Positions 1-10,850 of a stretch of 64,000 nucleotides of DNA are shown piece by piece. The position numbers and the translations under genes were made by a program. How positions within the stretch are numbered: position 1 is the first letter of the stretch; each line of letters opens with the position of its first letter. The DNA lies in assembly GCA_037379345.1 (NCBI GenBank), contig CM074525.1:3915170-3979169 (forward strand), given 5' to 3'. Under the pieces are notes generated by a model, which made no database searches, was not told where the DNA came from, and saw only the letters and a list, made by a program, of their open reading frames with translations. This DNA is from Perna viridis. Taxonomy: Eukaryota.

Positions 1-463
1 TGTGTTTTAAATTATTTAAAAGATAATGAAATTTCATATTTTATCCTTATTTTCAATATTTTTTATCCAAAAAGCATTTAATTTATGCCAAAAACTTAAA
101 ATTTTGGAAAAAAATTAGTTAATTTTCAAATTTTAATTAAATTTTACAGAATTTAAATTTTGCTATGGTCAAAAACAAGATGTTAATTACAACTTTAATA
201 TATACTGAACAGTCTAAATTGCAAAAAAAGTGAGTAAAAAGCCATTTTCAGTTCAAAAATGGGATGTAATGAACCCTACCACATATGACTATTTTCACTG
301 TAAAATTACTGTTCAGGCCAATATAAGGTACCTTCATATTTTGAGCCATTTTTCGAAAAATCCTTAACGAAAATTTTTAAAACTTGAAATTTCATATCGC
401 AAGTTCCGTACTATGTGGTAGATGCAATAAAAACAAGTTTGAAAGCAGAAAAGGTGTTCTTTA

Positions 464-934
464 GGTTACAGACCACCAATTGCATCATCAACTTTGGAAC
501 GTACGCAAAAAAAGTCCTACGCAAACAAAAAAATAGTCCCTTTGTCATGCTATTATACAAAATCTAGGAATCATTTTTACATAAATGGAACTTCTGCTGA
601 AAGATAAATTCATTTTGATCATTTTGAGCCCAAATTTGCCTACTTTTGATAGATATAAGTTATTTTTTTGAAATGTAAACAAAGAGTGGCTAAATAAAGA
701 AAATTGAGAATTCCAGTTACTATTTTTAGGGGTGGGTGAGTTCCGAATGACAGTGCTTCACTGCAAGTCTGCTAACCCCTTGTTTCCTCTTGACTGAGAT
801 ACCCTGATACATGTAGGTTTCAGGTGATATATGGTTATGAGCAGGTTAAAGTTAAGGTAAATATTTGAGAAGCCTTTGAAAATGGTCAATTTAACATAGG
901 GAGCAATGGGAAACTGAATTAGTGGTTTTTAGCC
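464..934. repeat. LTDR copy 1 (471 bp) with imperfect terminal inverted repeats
   Basis: Left end GGTTACAGACCACCAATT (464-481) vs reverse complement of right end GGCTAAAAACCACTAATT (917-934): 14/18 match. Flanked by TTTA (460-463) and TTAA (935-938). Right end independently fixed by the array junction at 41833. Confidence 0.8.
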
Positions 935-1014
935 TTAACTGGGAAATTGCACGTGCAGCCTTGACATTAAAAATAACTTGTACCTTCTGAATTAGATTTT
1001 TCTTGAAATATCTT

Positions 1015-1395
1015 ATGAAAATGGATCAAGACAAGTGGATTGAAGCTCAAAAAGAAAGACTTTTGGCCAATTCTGAGGCTCAAGGGGCTAAAGGATGCAT
1101 TTTGTGTAAATTAGGGGGAGGGGGCAGAAGATATTCCACACTAACTGTAACTTTTCCCTGGAAAAGAGATAAAAAGACAATATATACTCATAGATTTGCA
1201 TTTATGTTGTTTACCAAGAATTTTGAACTACCTAAAAGCATGCAAGTATCACATAGATGTCATAATAGGAGGTGCATTAATGTGGAACATTTGTCCCTTG
1301 AGCCGGAGCAGGTCAACAAGGACCGTGAACACTGTCGCGGCCTTGTACCCACTCACTGTGCAAAACATTCTCCATATTATGATTGCATTTTATAG
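1015..1395 (+). CDS. His-Me finger (His-Cys box) homing-endonuclease-like protein, copy 1
   Basis: Motif YTHR...VSHRCHNRRCINVEHL...N..R..C as in I-PpoI-type zinc-binding nucleases. ORF track starts at TTG 1003; first ATG is 1015. Confidence 0.88.
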   Translation: MKMDQDKWIEAQKERLLANSEAQGAKGCILCKLGGGGRRYSTLTVTFPWKRDKKTIYTHRFAFMLFTKNFELPKSMQVSHRCHNRRCINVEHLSLEPEQVNKDREHCRGLVPTHCAKHSPYYDCIL

Positions 1396-1518
1396 GGTAA
1401 AGGTAACATATCACACATTATTTCTGTACAACAAGTCTAAACATGTACTAATTATTTACACTATTTACATCACAGTAAGGGAGGTAACTACATCAGTTAA
1501 CCACACAGGCATTGTACA

Positions 1519-3462
1519 CTAAGTACTGGGCTTTGCCTTTGGCACTTTTGGGTCAGAAATACCCTTTCTATAATGAACCTGGTAGTTTTTTGTCGCATGT
1601 AAGTTATATTTCCTTTGACGTGTTCTAGACCTTAGACATTTTGTGCTCTTTAGCTTTTTATATTGTCTACCATATACTTCAGCTTTCTGATTTTGTTTCA
1701 GATGTTTGATAACAGATGACCCATGTGTAAGCTCAACACCAAGTATCTTTGTACGAAGTAAGGTTGAATTACCAAACTTGTGATTACTTAAGTGTACCGC
1801 AGTATGTACACGACCTGGGAAGTTTCTACTATGAGTGACTGTTTTAGGATTACACCTCTGCAGACTGCGATTAAACGCTTCACATTTTTGGGTCGAGGTA
1901 AGAAAACGTACTAAGTCAAGACTTTTAGGCCCTAAAAGTACATTAATACAATTCTCTACCATGACTTCATCCTCATCATTCATATTTATAACCTCATTGT
2001 CAGGCAGAAAAACCTTTTTCCACTTATTAGAGGATAGACCAGCACACACATAAGAATGAATTTGGCATGCCGTACCGCATTCTCCATTATAACATTTTAT
2101 AATTGCTTTGATAGCGGTTGGCATATGGTGTTTTATTTCAAAAAGTTCACCCTTGTGTGTTTCAAAAGCTTTGTTTAGTTCTGCAACGCAGCGAGTTTTT
2201 AAATCCATACTAAAACGGTGCTTAAGGTTTCTCTTATTAGGACCAGTAAACATGGATGGGCTGAATGTATACTTTTGCACAGCTCTTTTGATACCAATTG
2301 ATAGATGTCTAACATCTTTAAGTACATGTACACTTGTTCTTTGAGCTTTTTCTACACCAGTAGCAGATTTGCTATCACCATCAGTAGTAATATGCCTAAC
2401 TTGCAATGCATCATTCAACTGAATAGTGCATTTTCTAACATATACAGCCTCATTACCTATTGCATCATCTTCAGCCAAGTTAGCTGAACAGTACCCAGCA
2501 TGGTCAGGACATGATACTTCAATACCCTTGTTTCGGAACCGAGATGCAACTCTGCATAGCTTATTACCAGTGAACACGCTAATAATTCTCTTAAGCGAGG
2601 AATTATTTTCAACTATAGTTTGGACAACTTGCGTACCACCTTGAAATGCAGTCACGTCACTATTATAAATGCGATTATTGAAGCGACCATCTGATTCAAC
2701 ATTCACATAAGTAGGGTTTGAGTGACCAACCATCTCATTTTCAGCTACAATATCTTCCCTTATTTCTTTCATATCACCTTCATTGTACCTAACAATTACA
2801 GTTCCAACCCTATTTGCAAGTTTTTGCATGCCAGATAGATTAGGAGGGATAATGTTACAAGTTATGCTTATATCCCTATAGCTCTTGCTTGATATGGGAG
2901 TTGTTTGTAACCCTGCCTGTAAAGCCATATTTAGAGTTGCTGCCTTTCTACCTGGCTTAGTAGTATTTACTTCATAATACAGTTTGTAGAACTGGCCTCT
3001 AAAACCACATTTGTTACATTTTAATCTCTCTTTCCATGCATAACCCCACTTTTTGGCTGCATTAGAGTCAAAATCTAAGTCACCGTCACAACCATTACTT
3101 TCAACTATATGCTCTTTTATTGTAGTATTCCACAGTATGCTTACAAGAGAGGGAATGTAATGTTTATATGTGTGGTTGTCTGGATCAGAGACATTTGGCT
3201 CAAGATATTCATCAAGTAACTCAGGACTTTTTGGCCGTGGCCGCAGCAGCATGGGAGTGCAAAGGGACTGGTCAGTGTCATGGATTTCCAGAACATTGTC
3301 ACTACCTTGACTTACTCTAGATTCATAAACAGTATGAGGTAATCTCATAAGAGGCTCAGGGTCATTTTTGGGCTCATATTTAAGTTTCTTACCCTTATGA
3401 ATAGGAGTATTTCCTTCCTGATATCCAAATTTTTTACCAATAAGTTTCCGCTTGCGGCTCAT
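1519..3462 (-). CDS. DDD/E transposase (Kolobok/Mutator-like), 647 aa, copy 1
   Basis: Candidate catalytic residues D258 (VESDGR), D361/D363 (TTDGDS), D383xxH386, E528 (TQKCEAFNR). N-terminal H..C..CxxC zinc motif; basic N- and C-termini. Confidence 0.88.
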   Translation of the reverse strand: MSRKRKLIGKKFGYQEGNTPIHKGKKLKYEPKNDPEPLMRLPHTVYESRVSQGSDNVLEIHDTDQSLCTPMLLRPRPKSPELLDEYLEPNVSDPDNHTYKHYIPSLVSILWNTTIKEHIVESNGCDGDLDFDSNAAKKWGYAWKERLKCNKCGFRGQFYKLYYEVNTTKPGRKAATLNMALQAGLQTTPISSKSYRDISITCNIIPPNLSGMQKLANRVGTVIVRYNEGDMKEIREDIVAENEMVGHSNPTYVNVESDGRFNNRIYNSDVTAFQGGTQVVQTIVENNSSLKRIISVFTGNKLCRVASRFRNKGIEVSCPDHAGYCSANLAEDDAIGNEAVYVRKCTIQLNDALQVRHITTDGDSKSATGVEKAQRTSVHVLKDVRHLSIGIKRAVQKYTFSPSMFTGPNKRNLKHRFSMDLKTRCVAELNKAFETHKGELFEIKHHMPTAIKAIIKCYNGECGTACQIHSYVCAGLSSNKWKKVFLPDNEVINMNDEDEVMVENCINVLLGPKSLDLVRFLTSTQKCEAFNRSLQRCNPKTVTHSRNFPGRVHTAVHLSNHKFGNSTLLRTKILGVELTHGSSVIKHLKQNQKAEVYGRQYKKLKSTKCLRSRTRQRKYNLHATKNYQVHYRKGISDPKVPKAKPST

Positions 3463-4157
3463 TTCCTGCCTTCACTCTTACTAAAACTGCTTTTAAATGA
3501 AATTTTTTGGCATGAAATACAAGAACAACTACTCTGTGTATTAAATAACTGCTAATTAAACAGGAAATTTATAATTATTTCAAATTGCAGACCACACCTG
3601 GCATCCCCCCCTGTGAAAGCCATAAAATGCCATTTATATGGGTATCTGATTAGAAATCTCTTGGGGGCATGTTATAAGGAATATATTATCTACCTGTGTT
3701 TTAAATTATTTAAAAGATAATGAAATTTCATATTTTATCCTTATTTTCAATATTTTTTATCCAAAAAGCATTTAATTTATGCCAAAAACTTAAAATTTTG
3801 GAAAAAAATTAGTTAATTTTCAAATTTTAATTAAATTTTACAGAATTTAAATTTTGCTATGGTCAAAAACAAGATGTTAATTACAACTTTAATATATACT
3901 GAACAGTCTAAATTGCAAAAAAAGTGAGTAAAAAGCCATTTTCAGTTCAAAAATGGGATGTAATGAACCCTACCACATATGACTATTTTCACTGTAAAAT
4001 TACTGTTCAGGCCAATATAAGGTACCTTCATATTTTGAGCCATTTTTCGAAAAATCCTTAACGAAAATTTTTAAAACTTGAAATTTCATATCGCAAGTTC
4101 CGTACTATGTGGTAGATGCAATAAAAACAAGTTTGAAAGCAGAAAAGGTGTTCTTTA

Positions 4158-4628
4158 GGTTACAGACCACCAATTGCATCATCAACTTTGGAACGTACGC
4201 AAAAAAAGTCCTACGCAAACAAAAAAATAGTCCCTTTGTCATGCTATTATACAAAATCTAGGAATCATTTTTACATAAATGGAACTTCTGCTGAAAGATA
4301 AATTCATTTTGATCATTTTGAGCCCAAATTTGCCTACTTTTGATAGATATAAGTTATTTTTTTGAAATGTAAACAAAGAGTGGCTAAATAAAGAAAATTG
4401 AGAATTCCAGTTACTATTTTTAGGGGTGGGTGAGTTCCGAATGACAGTGCTTCACTGCAAGTCTGCTAACCCCTTGTTTCCTCTTGACTGAGATACCCTG
4501 ATACATGTAGGTTTCAGGTGATATATGGTTATGAGCAGGTTAAAGTTAAGGTAAATATTTGAGAAGCCTTTGAAAATGGTCAATTTAACATAGGGAGCAA
4601 TGGGAAACTGAATTAGTGGTTTTTAGCC
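4158..4628. repeat. LTDR copy 2
   Basis: Copy of 464-934 at +3694. Confidence 0.8.
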
Positions 4629-4708
4629 TTAACTGGGAAATTGCACGTGCAGCCTTGACATTAAAAATAACTTGTACCTTCTGAATTAGATTTTTCTTGA
4701 AATATCTT

Positions 4709-5089
4709 ATGAAAATGGATCAAGACAAGTGGATTGAAGCTCAAAAAGAAAGACTTTTGGCCAATTCTGAGGCTCAAGGGGCTAAAGGATGCATTTTGTG
4801 TAAATTAGGGGGAGGGGGCAGAAGATATTCCACACTAACTGTAACTTTTCCCTGGAAAAGAGATAAAAAGACAATATATACTCATAGATTTGCATTTATG
4901 TTGTTTACCAAGAATTTTGAACTACCTAAAAGCATGCAAGTATCACATAGATGTCATAATAGGAGGTGCATTAATGTGGAACATTTGTCCCTTGAGCCGG
5001 AGCAGGTCAACAAGGACCGTGAACACTGTCGCGGCCTTGTACCCACTCACTGTGCAAAACATTCTCCATATTATGATTGCATTTTATAG
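4709..5089 (+). CDS. His-Me finger nuclease, copy 2
   Basis: Protein identical to copy 1. Confidence 0.88.
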   Translation: MKMDQDKWIEAQKERLLANSEAQGAKGCILCKLGGGGRRYSTLTVTFPWKRDKKTIYTHRFAFMLFTKNFELPKSMQVSHRCHNRRCINVEHLSLEPEQVNKDREHCRGLVPTHCAKHSPYYDCIL

Positions 5090-5212
5090 GGTAAAGGTAA
5101 CATATCACACATTATTTCTGTACAACAAGTCTAAACATGTACTAATTATTTACACTATTTACATCACAGTAAGGGAGGTAACTACATCAGTTAACCACAC
5201 AGGCATTGTACA

Positions 5213-7156
5213 CTAAGTACTGGGCTTTGCCTTTGGCACTTTTGGGTCAGAAATACCCTTTCTATAATGAACCTGGTAGTTTTTTGTCGCATGTAAGTTA
5301 TATTTCCTTTGACGTGTTCTAGACCTTAGACATTTTGTGCTCTTTAGCTTTTTATATTGTCTACCATATACTTCAGCTTTCTGATTTTGTTTCAGATGTT
5401 TGATAACAGATGACCCATGTGTAAGCTCAACACCAAGTATCTTTGTACGAAGTAAGGTTGAATTACCAAACTTGTGATTACTTAAGTGTACCGCAGTATG
5501 TACACGACCTGGGAAGTTTCTACTATGAGTGACTGTTTTAGGATTACACCTCTGCAGACTGCGATTAAACGCTTCACATTTTTGGGTCGAGGTAAGAAAA
5601 CGTACTAAGTCAAGACTTTTAGGCCCTAAAAGTACATTAATACAATTCTCTACCATGACTTCATCCTCATCATTCATATTTATAACCTCATTGTCAGGCA
5701 GAAAAACCTTTTTCCACTTATTAGAGGATAGACCAGCACACACATAAGAATGAATTTGGCATGCCGTACCGCATTCTCCATTATAACATTTTATAATTGC
5801 TTTGATAGCGGTTGGCATATGGTGTTTTATTTCAAAAAGTTCACCCTTGTGTGTTTCAAAAGCTTTGTTTAGTTCTGCAACGCAGCGAGTTTTTAAATCC
5901 ATACTAAAACGGTGCTTAAGGTTTCTCTTATTAGGACCAGTAAACATGGATGGGCTGAATGTATACTTTTGCACAGCTCTTTTGATACCAATTGATAGAT
6001 GTCTAACATCTTTAAGTACATGTACACTTGTTCTTTGAGCTTTTTCTACACCAGTAGCAGATTTGCTATCACCATCAGTAGTAATATGCCTAACTTGCAA
6101 TGCATCATTCAACTGAATAGTGCATTTTCTAACATATACAGCCTCATTACCTATTGCATCATCTTCAGCCAAGTTAGCTGAACAGTACCCAGCATGGTCA
6201 GGACATGATACTTCAATACCCTTGTTTCGGAACCGAGATGCAACTTTGCATAGCTTATTACCAGTGAACACGCTAATAATTCTCTTAAGCGAGGAATTAT
6301 TTTCAACTATAGTTTGGACAACTTGCGTACCACCTTGAAATGCAGTCACGTCACTATTATAAATGCGATTATTGAAGCGACCATCTGATTCAACATTCAC
6401 ATAAGTAGGGTTTGAGTGACCAACCATCTCATTTTCAGCTACAATATCTTCCCTTATTTCTTTCATATCACCTTCATTGTACCTAACAATTACAGTTCCA
6501 ACCCTATTTGCAAGTTTTTGCATGCCAGATAGATTAGGAGGGATAATGTTACAAGTTATGCTTATATCCCTATAGCTCTTGCTTGATATGGGAGTTGTTT
6601 GTAACCCTGCCTGTAAAGCCATATTTAGAGTTGCTGCCTTTCTACCTGGCTTAGTAGTATTTACTTCATAATACAGTTTGTAGAACTGGCCTCTAAAACC
6701 ACATTTGTTACATTTTAATCTCTCTTTCCATGCATAACCCCACTTTTTGGCTGCATTAGAGTCAAAATCTAAGTCACCGTCACAACCATTACTTTCAACT
6801 ATATGCTCTTTTATTGTAGTATTCCACAGTATGCTTACAAGAGAGGGAATGTAATGTTTATATGTGTGGTTGTCTGGATCAGAGACATTTGGCTCAAGAT
6901 ATTCATCAAGTAACTCAGGACTTTTTGGCCGTGGCCGCAGCAGCATGGGAGTGCAAAGGGACTGGTCAGTGTCATGGATTTCCAGAACATTGTCACTACC
7001 TTGACTTACTCTAGATTCATAAACAGTATGAGGTAATCTCATAAGAGGCTCAGGGTCATTTTTGGGCTCATATTTAAGTTTCTTACCCTTATGAATAGGA
7101 GTATTTCCTTCCTGATATCCAAATTTTTTACCAATAAGTTTCCGCTTGCGGCTCAT
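5213..7156 (-). CDS. DDD/E transposase, copy 2
   Basis: Intact 647 aa; R304K, and F309 as in copy 1. Confidence 0.88.
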   Translation of the reverse strand: MSRKRKLIGKKFGYQEGNTPIHKGKKLKYEPKNDPEPLMRLPHTVYESRVSQGSDNVLEIHDTDQSLCTPMLLRPRPKSPELLDEYLEPNVSDPDNHTYKHYIPSLVSILWNTTIKEHIVESNGCDGDLDFDSNAAKKWGYAWKERLKCNKCGFRGQFYKLYYEVNTTKPGRKAATLNMALQAGLQTTPISSKSYRDISITCNIIPPNLSGMQKLANRVGTVIVRYNEGDMKEIREDIVAENEMVGHSNPTYVNVESDGRFNNRIYNSDVTAFQGGTQVVQTIVENNSSLKRIISVFTGNKLCKVASRFRNKGIEVSCPDHAGYCSANLAEDDAIGNEAVYVRKCTIQLNDALQVRHITTDGDSKSATGVEKAQRTSVHVLKDVRHLSIGIKRAVQKYTFSPSMFTGPNKRNLKHRFSMDLKTRCVAELNKAFETHKGELFEIKHHMPTAIKAIIKCYNGECGTACQIHSYVCAGLSSNKWKKVFLPDNEVINMNDEDEVMVENCINVLLGPKSLDLVRFLTSTQKCEAFNRSLQRCNPKTVTHSRNFPGRVHTAVHLSNHKFGNSTLLRTKILGVELTHGSSVIKHLKQNQKAEVYGRQYKKLKSTKCLRSRTRQRKYNLHATKNYQVHYRKGISDPKVPKAKPST

Positions 7157-7851
7157 TTCCTGCCTTCACTCTTACTAAAACTGCTTTTAAATGAAATTTT
7201 TTGGCATGAAATACAAGAACAACTACTCTGTGTATTAAATAACTGCTAATTAAACAGGAAATTTATAATTATTTCAAATTGCAGACCACACCTGGCATCC
7301 CCCCCTGTGAAAGCCATAAAATGCCATTTATATGGGTATCTGATTAGAAATCTCTTGGGGGCATGTTATAAGGAATATATTATCTACCTGTGTTTTAAAT
7401 TATTTAAAAGATAATGAAATTTCATATTTTATCCTTATTTTCAATATTTTTTATCCAAAAAGCATTTAATTTATGCCAAAAACTTAAAATTTTGGAAAAA
7501 AATTAGTTAATTTTCAAATTTTAATTAAATTTTACAGAATTTAAATTTTGCTATGGTCAAAAACAAGATGTTAATTACAACTTTAATATATACTGAACAG
7601 TCTAAATTGCAAAAAAAGTGAGTAAAAAGCCATTTTCAGTTCAAAAATGGGATGTAATGAACCCTACCACATATGACTATTTTCACTGTAAAATTACTGT
7701 TCAGGCCAATATAAGGTACCTTCATATTTTGAGCCATTTTTCGAAAAATCCTTAACGAAAATTTTTAAAACTTGAAATTTCATATCGCAAGTTCCGTACT
7801 ATGTGGTAGATGCAATAAAAACAAGTTTGAAAGCAGAAAAGGTGTTCTTTA

Positions 7852-8322
7852 GGTTACAGACCACCAATTGCATCATCAACTTTGGAACGTACGCAAAAAA
7901 AGTCCTACGCAAACAAAAAAATAGTCCCTTTGTCATGCTATTATACAAAATCTAGGAATCATTTTTACATAAATGGAACTTCTGCTGAAAGATAAATTCA
8001 TTTTGATCATTTTGAGCCCAAATTTGCCTACTTTTGATAGATATAAGTTATTTTTTTGAAATGTAAACAAAGAGTGGCTAAATAAAGAAAATTGAGAATT
8101 CCAGTTACTATTTTTAGGGGTGGGTGAGTTCCGAATGACAGTGCTTCACTGCAAGTCTGCTAACCCCTTGTTTCCTCTTGACTGAGATACCCTGATACAT
8201 GTAGGTTTCAGGTGATATATGGTTATGAGCAGGTTAAAGTTAAGGTAAATATTTGAGAAGCCTTTGAAAATGGTCAATTTAACATAGGGAGCAATGGGAA
8301 ACTGAATTAGTGGTTTTTAGCC
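7852..8322. repeat. LTDR copy 3
   Basis: Periodic copy. Confidence 0.8.
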
Positions 8323-8402
8323 TTAACTGGGAAATTGCACGTGCAGCCTTGACATTAAAAATAACTTGTACCTTCTGAATTAGATTTTTCTTGAAATATC
8401 TT

Positions 8403-8783
8403 ATGAAAATGGATCAAGACAAGTGGATTGAAGCTCAAAAAGAAAGACTTTTGGCCAATTCTGAGGCTCAAGGGGCTAAAGGATGCATTTTGTGTAAATT
8501 AGGGGGAGGGGGCAGAAGATATTCCACACTAACTGTAACTTTTCCCTGGAAAAGAGATAAAAAGACAATATATACTCATAGATTTGCATTTATGTTGTTT
8601 ACCAAGAATTTTGAACTACCTAAAAGCATGCAAGTATCACATAGATGTCATAATAGGAGGTGCATTAATGTGGAACATTTGTCCCTTGAGCCGGAGCAGG
8701 TCAACAAGGACCGTGAACACTGTCGCGGCCTTGTACCCACTCACTGTGCAAAACATTCTCCATATTATGATTGCATTTTATAG
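8403..8783 (+). CDS. His-Me finger nuclease, copy 3
   Basis: Protein identical to copy 1. Confidence 0.88.
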   Translation: MKMDQDKWIEAQKERLLANSEAQGAKGCILCKLGGGGRRYSTLTVTFPWKRDKKTIYTHRFAFMLFTKNFELPKSMQVSHRCHNRRCINVEHLSLEPEQVNKDREHCRGLVPTHCAKHSPYYDCIL

Positions 8784-8906
8784 GGTAAAGGTAACATATC
8801 ACACATTATTTCTGTACAACAAGTCTAAACATGTACTAATTATTTACACTATTTACATCACAGTAAGGGAGGTAACTACATCAGTTAACCACACAGGCAT
8901 TGTACA

Positions 8907-10850
8907 CTAAGTACTGGGCTTTGCCTTTGGCACTTTTGGGTCAGAAATACCCTTTCTATAATGAACCTGGTAGTTTTTTGTCGCATGTAAGTTATATTTC
9001 CTTTGACGTGTTCTAGACCTTAGACATTTTGTGCTCTTTAGCTTTTTATATTGTCTACCATATACTTCAGCTTTCTGATTTTGTTTCAGATGTTTGATAA
9101 CAGATGACCCATGTGTAAGCTCAACACCAAGTATCTTTGTACGAAGTAAGGTTGAATTACCAAACTTGTGATTACTTAAGTGTACCGCAGTATGTACACG
9201 ACCTGGGAAGTTTCTACTATGAGTGACTGTTTTAGGATTACACCTCTGCAGACTGCGATTAAACGCTTCACATTTTTGGGTCGAGGTAAGAAAACGTACT
9301 AAGTCAAGACTTTTAGGCCCTAAAAGTACATTAATACAATTCTCTACCATGACTTCATCCTCATCATTCATATTTATAACCTCATTGTCAGGCAGAAAAA
9401 CCTTTTTCCACTTATTAGAGGATAGACCAGCACACACATAAGAATGAATTTGGCATGCCGTACCGCATTCTCCATTATAACATTTTATAATTGCTTTGAT
9501 AGCGGTTGGCATATGGTGTTTTATTTCAAAAAGTTCACCCTTGTGTGTTTCAAAAGCTTTGTTTAGTTCTGCAACGCAGCGAGTTTTTAAATCCATACTA
9601 AAACGGTGCTTAAGGTTTCTCTTATTAGGACCAGTAAACATGGATGGGCTGAATGTATACTTTTGCACAGCTCTTTTGATACCAATTGATAGATGTCTAA
9701 CATCTTTAAGTACATGTACACTTGTTCTTTGAGCTTTTTCTACACCAGTAGCAGATTTGCTATCACCATCAGTAGTAATATGCCTAACTTGCAATGCATC
9801 ATTCAACTGAATAGTGCATTTTCTAACATATACAGCCTCATTACCTATTGCATCATCTTCAGCCAAGTTAGCTGAACAGTACCCAGCATGGTCAGGACAT
9901 GATACTTCAATACCCTTGTTTCGTAACCGAGATGCAACTCTGCATAGCTTATTACCAGTGAACACGCTAATAATTCTCTTAAGCGAGGAATTATTTTCAA
10001 CTATAGTTTGGACAACTTGCGTACCACCTTGAAATGCAGTCACGTCACTATTATAAATGCGATTATTGAAGCGACCATCTGATTCAACATTCACATAAGT
10101 AGGGTTTGAGTGACCAACCATCTCATTTTCAGCTACAATATCTTCCCTTATTTCTTTCATATCACCTTCATTGTACCTAACAATTACAGTTCCAACCCTA
10201 TTTGCAAGTTTTTGCATGCCAGATAGATTAGGAGGGATAATGTTACAAGTTATGCTTATATCCCTATAGCTCTTGCTTGATATGGGAGTTGTTTGTAACC
10301 CTGCCTGTAAAGCCATATTTAGAGTTGCTGCCTTTCTACCTGGCTTAGTAGTATTTACTTCATAATACAGTTTGTAGAACTGGCCTCTAAAACCACATTT
10401 GTTACATTTTAATCTCTCTTTCCATGCATAACCCCACTTTTTGGCTGCATTAGAGTCAAAATCTAAGTCACCGTCACAACCATTACTTTCAACTATATGC
10501 TCTTTTATTGTAGTATTCCACAGTATGCTTACAAGAGAGGGAATGTAATGTTTATATGTGTGGTTGTCTGGATCAGAGACATTTGGCTCAAGATATTCAT
10601 CAAGTAACTCAGGACTTTTTGGCCGTGGCCGCAGCAGCATGGGAGTGCAAAGGGACTGGTCAGTGTCATGGATTTCCAGAACATTGTCACTACCTTGACT
10701 TACTCTAGATTCATAAACAGTATGAGGTAATCTCATAAGAGGCTCAGGGTCATTTTTGGGCTCATATTTAAGTTTCTTACCCTTATGAATAGGAGTATTT
10801 CCTTCCTGATATCCAAATTTTTTACCAATAAGTTTCCGCTTGCGGCTCAT
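8907..10850 (-). CDS. DDD/E transposase, copy 3
   Basis: Intact 647 aa, majority sequence (L309). Confidence 0.88.
   Translation of the reverse strand: MSRKRKLIGKKFGYQEGNTPIHKGKKLKYEPKNDPEPLMRLPHTVYESRVSQGSDNVLEIHDTDQSLCTPMLLRPRPKSPELLDEYLEPNVSDPDNHTYKHYIPSLVSILWNTTIKEHIVESNGCDGDLDFDSNAAKKWGYAWKERLKCNKCGFRGQFYKLYYEVNTTKPGRKAATLNMALQAGLQTTPISSKSYRDISITCNIIPPNLSGMQKLANRVGTVIVRYNEGDMKEIREDIVAENEMVGHSNPTYVNVESDGRFNNRIYNSDVTAFQGGTQVVQTIVENNSSLKRIISVFTGNKLCRVASRLRNKGIEVSCPDHAGYCSANLAEDDAIGNEAVYVRKCTIQLNDALQVRHITTDGDSKSATGVEKAQRTSVHVLKDVRHLSIGIKRAVQKYTFSPSMFTGPNKRNLKHRFSMDLKTRCVAELNKAFETHKGELFEIKHHMPTAIKAIIKCYNGECGTACQIHSYVCAGLSSNKWKKVFLPDNEVINMNDEDEVMVENCINVLLGPKSLDLVRFLTSTQKCEAFNRSLQRCNPKTVTHSRNFPGRVHTAVHLSNHKFGNSTLLRTKILGVELTHGSSVIKHLKQNQKAEVYGRQYKKLKSTKCLRSRTRQRKYNLHATKNYQVHYRKGISDPKVPKAKPST

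Noticed and set aside
316-934. Alternative LTDR start at GGCCAATAT (316)
   Set aside because: Much weaker match to the right end than position 464 (14/18).
1015-1395. Group I intron around the homing nuclease
   Set aside because: No rRNA or host exon context, and no recognisable intron core.
1196-2644. Small + strand ORFs (108, 72, 78, 60, 72 aa) repeated in every unit
   Set aside because: Alternate-frame or antisense shadows of the nuclease and transposase genes; non-ATG starts, no motifs. Recurrence only reflects DNA repetition.
464-4628. LTR retrotransposon interpretation of LTDR-INT-LTDR
   Set aside because: No gag, RT or integrase; ends are GG...CC rather than TG...CA.
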